Source: Octopus bimaculoides
Taxonomy: Eukaryota
Reading direction: 5' to 3'
Assembly (NCBI RefSeq): GCF_001194135.2
Contig: NC_068982.1
Coordinates: 1,575,111-1,639,110 of the forward strand
DNA: 64,000 bases
Both the position numbers and the translations under genes were made by a program. The number at the start of each line of letters is the position of its first letter. Within the stretch, counting starts at the first letter, position 1. Positions 39,465-52,208 of this stretch are shown here, piece by piece. A model generated the notes under the pieces. The model ran no database searches, was not told the origin of the DNA, and saw only the letters and a list, made by a program, of their open reading frames with translations.

Positions 39465-39922
39465 TTTATCGTTGCTTCAGACATTAGTCTGTGACCATAC
39501 TGGGGCATCGCCTTGAAGACTTTTAAGCAACCGAATCGACCCCACCCACAGTAATTGTTTTTTTTTTCAAAGCCTAATACTTGTTGTATCTTTTGCAGAA
39601 CCGTTATGTTACGGGAACGTAAACATACCAACACCGGTTGTCAAGCGGTGGGTGGGGGGACAAGCACTGTCACAAAAACGCACATACACATACACAAACA
39701 CAGAAACACACAGACACACAAAAACACGCATACACACACACACATACGCACACATAATATACATAAGAAAATGAGAGAACAAAACGATTTTTTTATGAAC
39801 TTCATTAGCTTATAGCTGTTTCTGCTATAAACTGCAGTGGACTCGTAGTTGAGTGCATGAGTAACATCTTAGAGCTTTATCGGAGCCCCAAATATGTAGT
39901 GCAATTTATTTGNNNNNNNNNN

Positions 39923-39964
<42 letters not shown>

Positions 39965-40117
39965 ACGGGCTTCTATCGGTTTCGGTCAACTAATTCCACT
40001 CACAAAGGTTTCGTTGATCCGAGGTTACAATAGAAGACACTCACCTAAAATGCTACGCAGTGGAACTGAACTCAGAAATATGTAGTTCGGAAGCGAAAAT
40101 CTGGACTCCTGCGCCTA
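39465..40117 (-). mobile_element. tRNA-derived SINE, family B, composite copy (head, internal microsatellite, body, LINE-like tail)
   Basis: Head 39962..40117 is homologous to 5155..5313. Body ACCAACACCGGTTGTCAAGCGGTGG. Tail GACCATACTGGGGCATCGCC (39493..39512). Confidence 0.7.
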
Positions 40118-40458
40118 TTGTTCTTCTTTTCTCAATGTCTCAGTGTTTCTCCAGCGTACAACATCCCAAATGGTCACTGGCTGGTCTCTTAAGATATTCT
40201 AATCATTTTAACAAATAGAGAATCCAATTAATCTTTTCTTTAACGATCTTATGAATTTCTAACGTATTTTTTGTTTTACAACACAACGTTCTGCCTCGTA
40301 GTACAGAGTGCAGTCTTCGCTAGAAATCTAGTTGTTTGCTAAAGCGAGGTCAGTATTTCAATGAAATTAATCCTGTTGTATGATCATAGAGATTGTCTGT
40401 GCTAGGACAACTCAAACAATATAGTTCACAGGGAACAAAATATTTCCCGGACTTGTAC

Positions 40459-40571
40459 CTAACAACAGGAATAGGAAAGACGCCAATGCTGGAAGTAAAG
40501 CCAACAACCTCTCCGTTAATGATTCTGTTTTTAAAAACACCGCACGTCTAATGACACCTAATAATGTACTC
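40459..40571 (-). other. Candidate coding exon with hydrophobic C-terminal half (unassigned)
   Basis: Minus-strand acceptor GAAATTTTACAG| and donor TTAG|GTACAA. Only one open frame: STLLGVIRRAVFLKTESLTERLLALLPALASFLFLLL. Confidence 0.25.
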
Positions 40572-42766
40572 CTGTAAAATTTCAGTAGAACTTGTGTAAA
40601 TCATAGAAATAATCATTAGATACATCCAGCCACATATATTCACACGCGCGTGCACACACATAATATACGAGTAATTTTTTTCACCTCATGTTGGTGCTGA
40701 CGGATGCAAACACTGAAGAAAACTTGATAGACATCGAAGTTCAACACCAAAACTATATTGAGTCTGTGATTAATTCTATGACACCAATTTTCACAAATAC
40801 TGATATGAAATAAATAAATAAATGAATATGTAAACAATAATTATTTAGTTTTCATTCACTCCTTTAGTTTACAGTGCTGAATGATAAAATCTTGCTTTAC
40901 GTGTCACAAGAGAGGTCCGTAATTTATCAGAAATGGCTAAATGTAGCAAAATAAATTGTACAACTGCATCGGTTTGGCACATCAGAATCAGGTAAATCGG
41001 CACTTTCCGAAAACGATTTTGTATTTCATGATTGTGAAACGATTAACAGTTCTTCCTAAAGCATAAAAAGTTTGAAGAATCCACAAGCTAGAACTCTGAA
41101 ATACGGACGTAAAATATGAATCAAGGCTGTAACTTCGGAATTGCAGGTATAATCCATTCTCTACGATTCTGTATTGTCTTCGCTTAGCCTAATTCGCCTC
41201 CAGGGTAAGGCTTAATCCGAGAAGAGATAAAATGACATTTCCGTAATGTGCGCCGCAATAACATAGAACTTGTGACCCCGTGCTTGTGAAGCAAACTTTC
41301 TTAGCATTGAGCCGTAGTACGTCTGCCTCTACAACTGGTATATTAATTATATGTGGTAAGGATGTAGCAAATTATCTATTAGTCAACACATTAAGTTAAA
41401 GAAACATGATTGAGCAAATATTGTATAAGAGAAGAAACTCAGACATTGTGAGTTCAATTGTATGTTATTCTCGTCTGGAAATGAATGGTGCCTGTTACAT
41501 TCGAAGCAAGACACTGTTACTGCAAAGTTCGAAGTTTAATAGAAAGCAGAATCGTATTTTTCTTACTATGCAGGCAACAAGTCTTGTAGGTGAATATAGG
41601 AATTACGATATTGAGATATTTCACAGAGCAATATAAGCACAAAGCAGCCTGGATGCCACTACCGAAATTCCTGAGTAGTGTATGTGTTATAGCATGACAT
41701 CCATCATTTAATCTAAATCATGCTGCCGTATGTTTTCGCATCAGAGACTACGTACATTTTTCATCTTTTCTTTTTTTATTTATTTTTTGAAAGTAACATG
41801 TTTTGTGTAATCGCAAGCATTTCTATACAGGAAAGCGATATAATGTTTTCTGTGTATTTTTATTCATGATACAATTTTCCAACTTTGAATTAACGGCAAT
41901 ATTTTTTGTCAATATGTCTCTCGTTCGCCCTCGCTTATTTTTTAGCGCTTTACTTCCAACCCTTGCTATATAATTTCTCTCTTTGAAGAAAAAACATATT
42001 CCTTGAAATAAGCACTTTCAAGGAATACAAATGAAAAGAAAAAAGTGTAATTAGGTTTGCTTTAATATAATAAGTAAATTAATATTTTACCACCTGCTAT
42101 ACGAAAATAGTCTGTTTACCTGGAAGCAGTTTATTAATCTTACCTACACGCCGCAGAAAGGGAATAAAACGGAATGAAATTCTCAAAAAAATTTGAAAAT
42201 GTGTAGCATTTATATGACGACAAAATATTAATTGTGAAGCCATGGCATTTCGCTTTCATTTAGTAGAACATCTGTTATGTCTACGAGAACCAGATAACTG
42301 TTATTATATTGAGTAATGCTGTACTATTTGAAGGGTCATCGGTTCAAGATCGTAGCATCTCTGTAGAAATATCTTGGCTTTACTTCTTAATTTTGAAATG
42401 TTTAGTCAATCCTTTGCTAAATTCACCTTCACTTAAGCGTGACAGTCTCTACTACTTCGATTATGCTCAGGTAGAAAATGTTTTTATGAACGAATGATTA
42501 TTATTGGTGTGTCCTTTGCAGTTTTCAGTACCCATAAGGGGGCTGACAAATCACAGCTTGCTGATCAAATTCGGTCTGCAGCTTCATTTCGTTCGTCCTT
42601 CGGTTTTCATCCAAATTATGACGTTGCAAACAAAATAAATCTTTTCTCTCCTAATTACAACTTGGTTTGTAAATATGAAAACCCGATATAGGAAGAGTAA
42701 GAGTTTCATTCGTGTAGAGAAGGGGTTAGAAAAATAGACAAGGGCACGCGCACGCATGCGCATGCA

Positions 42767-42808
<42 letters not shown>

Positions 42809-42999
42809 CACACATACTCGCGCGCGCACACAGAGATGTTTTCTTTTCGCGCGTCCAGTGCAAATAACAGCTTGGTGTCTGGCGCGAATAATACCACAAT
42901 AGACAGCAGTAGGAACTCTGGACTCTGTATTCTACCAGACCATTCTTCGTCATCGTAAAACAAACGTTCTTACACATCCGTCAATGTTAATAGACAACA

Positions 43000-43800
43000 G
43001 AAGAGAGCTTGCCAAAGCAACAGATATTCAAGAATTACGAAAAACAAAAAATAAAAAGAGCACTTCAGATACACTCAATACTCTACCCTTTTCAGTGATG
43101 CTGAAGTATGTTGGTGTTAAATCTCAGTTTCGAACAAGTGGTGAACTATTCAATCATTTCAGCGTTTGAAAGCCAAACGCTGCTATGCACCAGTATACAC
43201 TCAATACTCCACTATAACAGACAACCGCCAAAACTCAGAGGTATACAACATTATTCACCGAAACATTCCACTTCTAAAACAAAAGTAAGAATGAAACAAG
43301 CACTCGAACTACACAAAATAATTAAAAGCATGAGACAATCAAAATACCTCAAGAAACTACCCACCAGCGCTAGATTACCCTCCACAAACCTCCCACCAAC
43401 ATTCAAAAAGTGTGCCCACCCTAATTGCAGGACTTGTATCAAGCTCATTGAAGACAAAATATATAAAAATATAAATTGCCATAGAAAAAAAATAATTTTA
43501 CTTGTTCGTCAAAAAATTTAATATACGCTATTAAATGTAAAGGATGTGACTAGAATTATATAGGTTAAAGAATACTTATTTTCAGAAAGAGACTGACAAT
43601 TCATCGTCAACAAATGAGGGTACTGAGTACACGACAGATCCCACTGATTGGAAACATAGACATGGGCAAAATGTAAGTCTCCCAAATTCCATGTCTTCCG
43701 ACTTTAACTTTGTTCAGTCCATACCAGAGACCAAAGACGGGCAAACAAAGAATATAAACTCATACAAAAATACAAAACAAGACTGAATATACTTCAACAA
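43000..43800 (+). mobile_element. Penelope-like retroelement, linker plus GIY-YIG endonuclease fragment
   Basis: QNSEVYNIIHRN, KKCAHPNCRTC, KNLIYAIKCKGCD*NYIG* (43512..43566) and terminal IQKYKTRLN. Confidence 0.85.
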
Positions 43801-43859
43801 ATTACATTCACCAACACTTATTCACACAGAAATAAATCCCAGTGCATTTTCAACTTCTT

Positions 43860-44184
43860 TCTATATGCGTTTGTATATATGTATGTATGTGTGTGTATGT
43901 ATGTATGTGTGTGTATGTATATATTTGTGTATGTATGTGTGTGTGTATGTATATATTTGTGTATGTATGCGTGTATGTATGTATGTGTGTATGTATGTAT
44001 GTGTGTATTTATATGTGTATGTATGTATGTGGTATGTGTGCATGTATGTGTGTGGGTGTGTGTGTTTATGAGTGTGCATGTATATATATCGTGATCAGTA
44101 GCTTTGATAATGAAAGAGATTAATCATTGTATGTCAAGAGAAATAGTCTTCAGAGAACCTTTTTTATTGAGTATTTACCAAAAC

Positions 44185-44231
<47 letters not shown>

Positions 44232-44237
44232 GCACGC

Positions 44238-44275
<38 letters not shown>
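43860..44275. repeat. Complex (TATG)/(TG)n and (CA)n microsatellites
   Basis: Direct reading. Confidence 0.9.
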
Positions 44276-44616
44276 ATGCAGAGGAACAACATTTAATACA
44301 ACTAGAAATAGATTCAAACGAAGACAAGTGGAATCTTTATCTGTGTTTGGGAAGAATGATAAGAACGTAAACTTTAGAAATGCAGAAAACTCGTGGAAGA
44401 GTTCTAATTGATTCGTTTTACAATTTGTCGACTACTTTTCTGAGGTATACAATATTCATCTGACTGATATAGCTGAAAGAAATTAGCCAACTACTGTAAT
44501 GAGTAGCTTAATTAGCGTATGTAGGTTTTCACTACTTCTTATTAATTAAACTATATGTACTGTGTGTGCCTTCACAGTTAAACCCTTCAAATATTTACAC
44601 ACATACACACAAACAC

Positions 44617-44649
<33 letters not shown>

Positions 44650-46072
44650 CACACACTCAAGCTCGGCCACATACGTACATATACATGCGCACACAGGCAC
44701 ACAGCACGTGCGCGTATCAATGTACTGATAATGTTATGAGACTAAAGGCAAAAACCTGCCATTAATGTCATGTCATCAAAGATTATTGGAGGGTGGACCA
44801 ACGGCAAATTATTGTTCGTAATTGTCAGTGTGACTATAGTAGTGCTAATTGAATATTGTATGCAAATGTATTACCTAACGAAGCAGTTATTTCACTATTG
44901 TCGTCTCACAAGAAATATACTCTAAGAGAAATGTGAAAGCTTGAAACAGCATTTGTTTTTTTTTTCTTTTACATTAGTATAAATGCTAATAAGGAATCTT
45001 CAGCTAAAGCTAGTTTCAGAATTATATAGTTTGAAATAGACCATTCGTTGTTGTTGAATTCATTAACTTCTGCATGATAGCAATATAAAAAAAAACCCGC
45101 ATGCCCTAGATAAATAAAAATCTAAAATGTTACTAATATTACATGACCAAAGAAGTTAAAAACATACGAGGCAGCAACGTGTGCCACTTAAGCAATAATG
45201 CGTAAGAGTTTGACTAGTTGTCTTTGCATAGTTCTGAATCAAGATGTACTTGTCGCTCTCATTGCTTTGGGTAATTGATGCTGCATTTGAAGCGACAGAT
45301 GTACCAGCTTTAGTGAGAAGCGCGCTGAAGATATTTCGCAGTACTTGACAAAACACTAAGCAACTTCAATTTGTCTTCGAAATGTCTGCAACGTTGCCGT
45401 GGCTTAACTTTTCTCACTTGAAAAGTGAGAAAGCTATAATTGGAATCGATTTGGTTTCTTCGAATAAACCTTGTAAGACGAACCCAGCATAGCCGCAAAT
45501 CAATGACTGGCAGAAGTAAACATATCTAGTAATCGCGAGTTCAATTCTTAGACCGAGTGCTGAAATGTGTTCTTGAGCGATCATTTCCACACGCGACGCG
45601 TGGTACAGCGTTCACCTTTTTATACAGCGTCGATGTGATGGAGAGAAGGCGCTAATGTAGTGGCACGAACATTTGATCGCTATAAGCAAATCATTTGTAC
45701 AGGTTGTTCAGCAAAAGCGGAGCGCTTTTGTCCTAAAATCTTTATTAGAGGTACCGTTAAGAAATATACATATATATATATATATATANNNNNNNNNNNN
45801 NNNNNNNNNNNNNNNNNNNNNNNNNNNNNNNNNNNNNNNNNNNNNNNNNNNNNNNNNNNNNNNNNNNNNNNNNNNNNNNNNNNNNNNNNNNNNNNAAATA
45901 ATAAATGAGTATATGCATATATACGTACAGGTATGTGCATACCTACGTCTACCTGTATATATAGGTGCATATCTGGGTACAGGACTTTGCAAACAAAACG
46001 TAGACAAGAAAATAATAATAACCAGAGTACAGAAAACACACAGGCCACATAGAGAACATTTTCCTTCATCAG

Positions 46073-46244
46073 CTACCCCCATTTTAACACCGGCGTTTCG
46101 AAGAGTAGGGCAGGACGCACCGTTAAAATGGCTCTTCCCATGGACCGCAAATTAAATTTGTATACACAAATTAAACTTGTGCCATGGAGGAATGTAGTGG
46201 CGGACAAAAAACAAGACAGGAAAACAAACGGAAAAGAAAACAAG
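46073..46244 (+). other. Candidate exon (172 nt)
   Basis: Acceptor TTTTCCTTCATCAG| and strong donor AAG|GTATGT. One frame is open throughout, with a Kozak-context ATG at 46128. Confidence 0.3.
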
Positions 46245-46269
46245 GTATGTATGTATATAGCGAGAGAGC

Positions 46270-46340
<71 letters not shown>
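46270..46340. repeat. (GA)n microsatellite
   Basis: Direct reading. Confidence 0.95.
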
Positions 46341-46357
<17 letters not shown>

Positions 46358-47290
46358 TTGAGAGTGAGAGAGAGTGGGTGCGTTATGAACCAAAACGAAA
46401 GTTATGTTGCAGTCGCAAAAATTCACAACAATTATTATACTGATTAGAAGACGATTCGGCGTTTATTTTTTAATATACTATGCGAAGAAATATTTTAAAG
46501 TAATCAGAAATAACTTCAACTAATTCAACCCAGCTAAAGATAAATAAAATCAACCACTCCCATCTTGATAAATACATCCATGAAACAAATTCTCCATTTT
46601 CATTCAAATTTGCTCAAGATATTTTCTCTTCTCTGAAGAAAAATTTCCAAAGCAATTTTCATATATCACTGAAAATGCGAAAAAATTCCACTTATTTAAA
46701 AATTCGTTGAAATGCATTATAAAGAAACTTCAATCAAATCTTCGTTTGGAAGTTTATTGATGTACAGCCAAACCCAAAATTGCATGCTAAAAGACATAAA
46801 CAAAAAGAAAACTGAGTTTCATAAATGCCTTTCGAAGAAATGAAGGAAAACAACCGTATCTTTCTTTGGGGTAAGTTTCATCACTTCGAACAATCTCTTT
46901 ATGTGAAAATCATTTTCAAAGATGAAGTATTTTAAGTTACGTTTTTGATCAGCGTTCACCAATCACAACTTTCAGTTAGGTTGTATAATAGGGACTACAG
47001 ATTTGAACCACAACCTGGCAATATATTACACCAACCAAAATCTTTCCCTAGCTCCAGTTGTTTACTATACATGACAAACGCTTGCAGCATACTTACACTT
47101 CAATTGTTTTTTGTTTCCTGTTCTCTGTCTCCTATTCTCCAGTGTTGTACATAAAATCACTTATTCTATTGACCTGGCGTTCATATATACAAACAAATAT
47201 AAGATAGATATTTGTTGCGCTCTCCTGTCACAAAACTTCTTAACCAGGAGTACGCTTTAACGGTCACCATTTCATTTCACTTTACTCCAG

Positions 47291-47345
47291 GATTTCTTTG
47301 TTTTGATCGGATAACCAGAAACCTGTAGCAAGTTGCCAAGTCAAG
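47291..47345 (+). other. Candidate non-coding exon (55 nt)
   Basis: Acceptor TTTCACTTTACTCCAG| and near-consensus donor AAG|GTAAGC. Stop codons in all three frames. Confidence 0.4.
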
Positions 47346-47354
47346 GTAAGCCCC

Positions 47355-47432
<78 letters not shown>

Positions 47433-47672
47433 GTGTATATATGTATGTATGTATGTGTGTGTGTATGTATGTATGTATATACAAGTAAATATATTAAAAA
47501 ATACAAATAAAAGTAAGTACATGCACATAAATAAATGATACGGCGCTGTTGTAATATTCGAACGCAGTGCCAAATTTTACAACATGCCCAATACCGTTAT
47601 GGATATACGAATTCGATCGGGTACTTCGCTATATGGAGCAACCCCCCCCCCCACAAGAACCTTTTTTTTATA

Positions 47673-48032
47673 GCACTCCGTCGCTTACGATGTCGAGGGT
47701 TCCAGTTGATCCGATCAACGGAACAGCCTGCTCGTGAAATTAACGTGCCAGTGGCTGAGCACTCCACAGACACGTGTACCCTTAACGTAGTTCTCGGGGA
47801 TATTCAGTGTGACACAGTGTGACAAGGCTGACCCTTTGAATTACAGGCACAACAAAAAGAGAAAGTAAGGGTGAGAGAAAGTTGTGGTTCGCCACCACCC
47901 CCTGCCGGAGCCTCGTGGAACTTTAGGTGTTTTCGCTCAATAAACACTCACAACGCCCGGTCTGGGAATGGAAAGCGCGATCCTATGACTGCGAGTTCGC
48001 TGCCCTAACCACTGGGCCATTGCGCCTCCACA
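47673..48032 (-). mobile_element. tRNA-derived SINE, family C, near full length
   Basis: Minus-strand head TGTGGAGGCGCAATGGCCCAGTGGTTAGGGCAGCG (A-box TGGCCCAGTGG). GC-rich 3' tail CTACGTTAAGGGTACACGTGTCTGTGGAGTGCTCAGCCAC..GACGGAGTGC. Confidence 0.8.
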
Positions 48033-50280
48033 ACCCCCCAAGAACCTAACACTGCGTATACCTCTGCCCTCCCTTACCGATATAAACCCGAAGTATCTCC
48101 CATATGCCACCCTTCCTCCCAAAATTTAAGCATAGTAACACACACCCCATCCCACTGCGATTGCAGGTCCCATGTCTGCTATTGTCTATTGACATCCACG
48201 TCAGCGTGAACCTTCTTACCATACGCGTGTGCATTTTGTTATTGAGAGGGTTTGAGAGCAGCGGCATGGAGTGTGTGCAGTGTGGAGTCGGTTGCCGACA
48301 GAGCATATTAAGTCTTCTCTCGTTATTATACTGCTTACAACACCATCATAATTGAGACCTGGCACAAAAGACTAAAGACCAAAAGGTAAATTGTAGGGTC
48401 ATGACTTGTATGATCTACGCAAACGTTCTTTTTATGAAATTAAATATATTTGAATGCAAACTAGAATTTAACAAATATTCTTCATACTCTCGTCTGTACA
48501 TAAGCTTTATTGATGTTTCTAAATAAGCGTAATAAAGGTAAATTCTGAAGAACAATAATGTTCATTCATATCTCTATATTATTAATAAACTTTTTAAATC
48601 CAGGTTAGAGATTATTAGAATTTCTAGCATCGCGCAATTGTTTACCAGAAATATATAATCGAATACTATAAGTTGAACTATCACGCGGTTTATTTTTAAT
48701 ATTTATTATCAGCCGTATCCTTCAATTTACCATTTCACATTAAAAGATACGCCTTCACGTATAAAGAGACATTTGGCTTTATTTTTCATACGTCAGAACA
48801 TCTCTCTATTATTACCATATTATAAAACTACAGTAAGAAAGATTGTAAGATTTTTACTATTGCATCGATTAGCCGTGTATTCATGATAATAGATTAAATA
48901 ATAATAGTAAAGTAACAAAGACACACAAATTACATTGCATTTGTACAAAATTGTTTTTTTCTTTTTGCTATTATATTATGGAATATTTTATTACTGTTTG
49001 ACTTTGTATTGTTGTTGTTGGAGAGAGAAGCTTCTCTTGTACACACACACGTACCACACACACACATTATTTTTCTTACATTTCTCTTTTGAATGTGAAA
49101 AGGAAGTAAAAGAAAATCGTATCATTTAATCGCCAGATCGACACCAACAAGAAACAAGAAAGAATATAGCACGCATGCTCCCGATAATGACACCAACAAG
49201 AAATAATAAACACATTTGTTCACAAAGACATATAATAATCTAAATATATAACATTGATTGTTGAAATTATTTTCGAATTATACCTGACCAAAAAGAAATA
49301 AAAGAGAGAGAGAGAGAAAAACGGTAAAAATCTAACGGGAATAGAATGTCCTCATATTTAGATAAGCAACCTGTTCGTAGATATTTCACCATATCCTTTT
49401 ATGTTTGTATCAATATTTATATTTTTAATCTTTTTTCATGATATTTGTCCAAGCTTCAGCAGAATTGATTTCATATCTTCTGAGACTACTAACTTGAATA
49501 TAGGACAAAAATATACCGAAGTAGAGGAGAAATAATCTTAGTATTTTATGATAAAACACACTGCTTTAAATACAAAATAATGCATATCTCTAATTGTATT
49601 CTTTTCTTTTTGCTTTTAACTTATCGAACATAAAGTTGTTTCCGCATATTTATCGTTGGTGAACTTCAAATTAAAGCCAATCCAAAGGTAACTGAGAAAA
49701 TAATATTTGCCAATGGCAAATTTGATAACAAGTGTGGGAAGAATATATATATATATATATGTATAAATATATATTTATATACATATTCACACACATACAC
49801 ACACACATATATATTTACACACTAATACACACACATACAAATACACACATATGTACACAAACCCAGTTACACACATCTGCTTGATGAAACGTAATCCATT
49901 AATAGCGCAGCATGTGGAAATGGACTTCATGCTCGAGACAGATTTCTGGTTTCAGAAGAATTTGCTAGCAAGAAGTAATCGAATTTATTCCGAACGAACG
50001 CACATATTTATACATTTATATCAGTTATTTAGGCTTTTTACTGGTAAAATAGTAGTCAATGAATAAAAAACCGGTTTTTAACGATGACTCAAGACCACTT
50101 CTTTTTAATTTCAACATCATCTGTCGTTGCACATATGTTTCTATGTGCAAGTGTTTGGCACGAATTTTAGTGTATATCTGTATCCTGAGCTTTACACACT
50201 CACACCCCTCCACACACAAACCCACACACATCGTTATATGTAAAGGTAACTTGCCTTATTATTCATACCCCCACCCACCA

Positions 50281-50508
50281 TATATATAAATTAAAAAAAA
50301 CTGGAACAAGAACGCAACAGACGACAATAAGACATCCGGACAGATAGACGATACAAAGACAGAAAGGAAAAAAAAACAGCAAAAACACGGACAGGTAAAA
50401 AAACAAGGATGGTTCATTCGCAGCATTCTCTTCTTAGCCAAGTTTCCTGACAGTCTTTCTGTTGTTCTTCTTGTTGCATTCTTGTTCCATTTTTTAAATT
50501 TATATATA
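50281..50508. repeat. Short element with ~36-bp imperfect inverted termini
   Basis: TATATATAAATTAAAAAAAACTGGAACAAGAACGCAAC (50281..50318) vs GTTGCATTCTTGTTCCATTTTTTAAATTTATATATA (50473..50508). Confidence 0.5.
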
Positions 50509-51376
50509 CATATAGCGGCGTACGTATACCTTTGCTCACCTTGTAANNNNNNNNNNNNNNNNNNNNNNNNNNNNNNNNNNNNNNNNNNNNNNNNNNNNNN
50601 NNNNNNNNNNNNNNNNNNNNNNNNNNNNNNNNNNNNNNNNNNNNNNNNNNNNNNNNNNNNNNNNNNNNNNNNNNNNNNNNNNNNNNNNNNNNNNNNNNNN
50701 NNNNNNNNNNNNNNNNNNNNNNNNNNNNNNNNNNNNNNNNNNNNNNNNNNNNNNNNNNNNNNNNNNNNNNNNNNNNNNNNNNNNNNNNNNNNNNNNNNNN
50801 NNNNNNNNNNNNNNNNNNNNNNNNNNNNNNNNNNNNNNNNNNNNNNNNNNNNNNNNNNNNNNNNNNNNNNNNNNNNNNNNNNNNNNNNNNNNNNNNNNNN
50901 NNNNNNNNNNNNNNNNNNNNNNNNNNNNNNNNNNNNNNNNNNNNNNNNNNNNNNNNNNNNNNNNNNNNNNNNNNNNNNNNNNNNNNNNNNNNNNNNNNNN
51001 NNNNNNNNNNNNNNNNNNNNNNNNNNNNNNNNNNNNNNNNNNNNNNNNNNNNNNNNNNNNNNNNNNNNNNNNNNNNNNNNNNNNNNNNNNNNNNNNNNNN
51101 NNNNNNNNNNNNNNNNNNNNNNNNNNNNNNNNNNNNNNNNNNNNNNNNNNNNNNNNNNNNNNNNNNNNNNNNNNNNNNNNNNNNNNNNNNNNNNNNNNNN
51201 NNNNNNNNNNNNNNNNNNNNNNNNNNNNNNNNNNNNATACTTAGAGATAGTAATATTTTTGCCAATTAAGCACTTTAGTTTTTATTCCTATTATTTTAAA
51301 ATTCTTTCGTCACGCATTTTGTGACCTCATTAGTGACTCTGTTTCTTGTGTCTCCTCTTGTCCAGCTCATTCCAAT

Positions 51377-51917
51377 CATCCAGTCAACATCATGGTGTTT
51401 GGCGTGATCACTAGTGATGGCGACGTTATGCCTCCATTCATCTTCTCACATGGCCTCAGACTCAAAACAGAGGCCTACACGAGTGCTGCACTGGGTCAAG
51501 CGGGTGGCTGCTGGAAGACCCAATGTCTGGCCACAGGACTCTGCACCATGCAACACAAGCAGGAGAACTTAGTTGTGGCTATCAGACAATTTCTGCAACT
51601 ACATAACACTTAAAATCTGACCACGTAACTCTCCAGACTGCAACCCCCTTAATTATTATGTGTCAGGCACGGTTGAGCAAGAGACCAACAAAATTCTTTG
51701 TAACACCAAAGATGAATTGAAAGCAAGGATTATGGCAGCATTGATCACCTTAATCAATGAGACCGTCCAGAAGAGTTGCAGAAGATTCCGAAGTCGTCTG
51801 GCAGTGGTGTTTCAAAATAGTTTTATGTAATTTTGGTAAATATATCTGATAAAATAAGATGCCAGTGTTACTATCATTTTCCCGCAATTTAGACCACTAT
51901 ATAATTCGCCGCACACA
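51377..51917 (+). mobile_element. maT/DD37D transposon, 3' fragment
   Basis: Same family as 12368..13321: HPVNIMVFGVITSDGDVMPPFIF and DCNPLNYY, with a degenerate right TIR before TA at 51918-19. Confidence 0.85.
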
Positions 51918-52019
51918 TACACACACACATTTATAAATGCATGTGTATGTATAAACATATATTCATACATGTACATAATATTTACAAATATATACTTAAA
52001 ATATTATATATATATATAT

Positions 52020-52208
52020 TTGACCGTTGACTGAACACTATTCAATTTTTTTTCTCCGTGTTTTTCTCCTTGTCTCCGTATTCTTTCTGTTGAAGAGCGT
52101 AGCTCGAAACGTCAAAGACTTTCCGTATTCCCGAGCGTCATACTAATATATACTTTTGTTATTTACACCACCTGTCCTCGTCTGTTGTTATTTTTTGTAT
52201 ATTCTCCC
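52020..52208 (+). mobile_element. Penelope-like element terminal repeat (pLTR) fragment
   Basis: Paralogous to 4722..4903, flanked by (TA)n, and contains a hammerhead-like motif. Confidence 0.6.
52082..52118 (+). ncRNA. Minimal type I hammerhead-ribozyme-like motif (non-canonical core)
   Basis: UCUUU-[CUGUUGA]-A-GAGC/GUA/GCUC-GAAAC-GUC-AAAGA: 5-bp stem I, 4-bp stem II, GUC cleavage triplet. Confidence 0.55.

Noticed and set aside
49140-49203. 15-bp direct repeat GACACCAACAAGAAA with a 34-nt spacer (CRISPR-like spacing)
   Set aside because: Only two copies, eukaryotic context, no cas genes.
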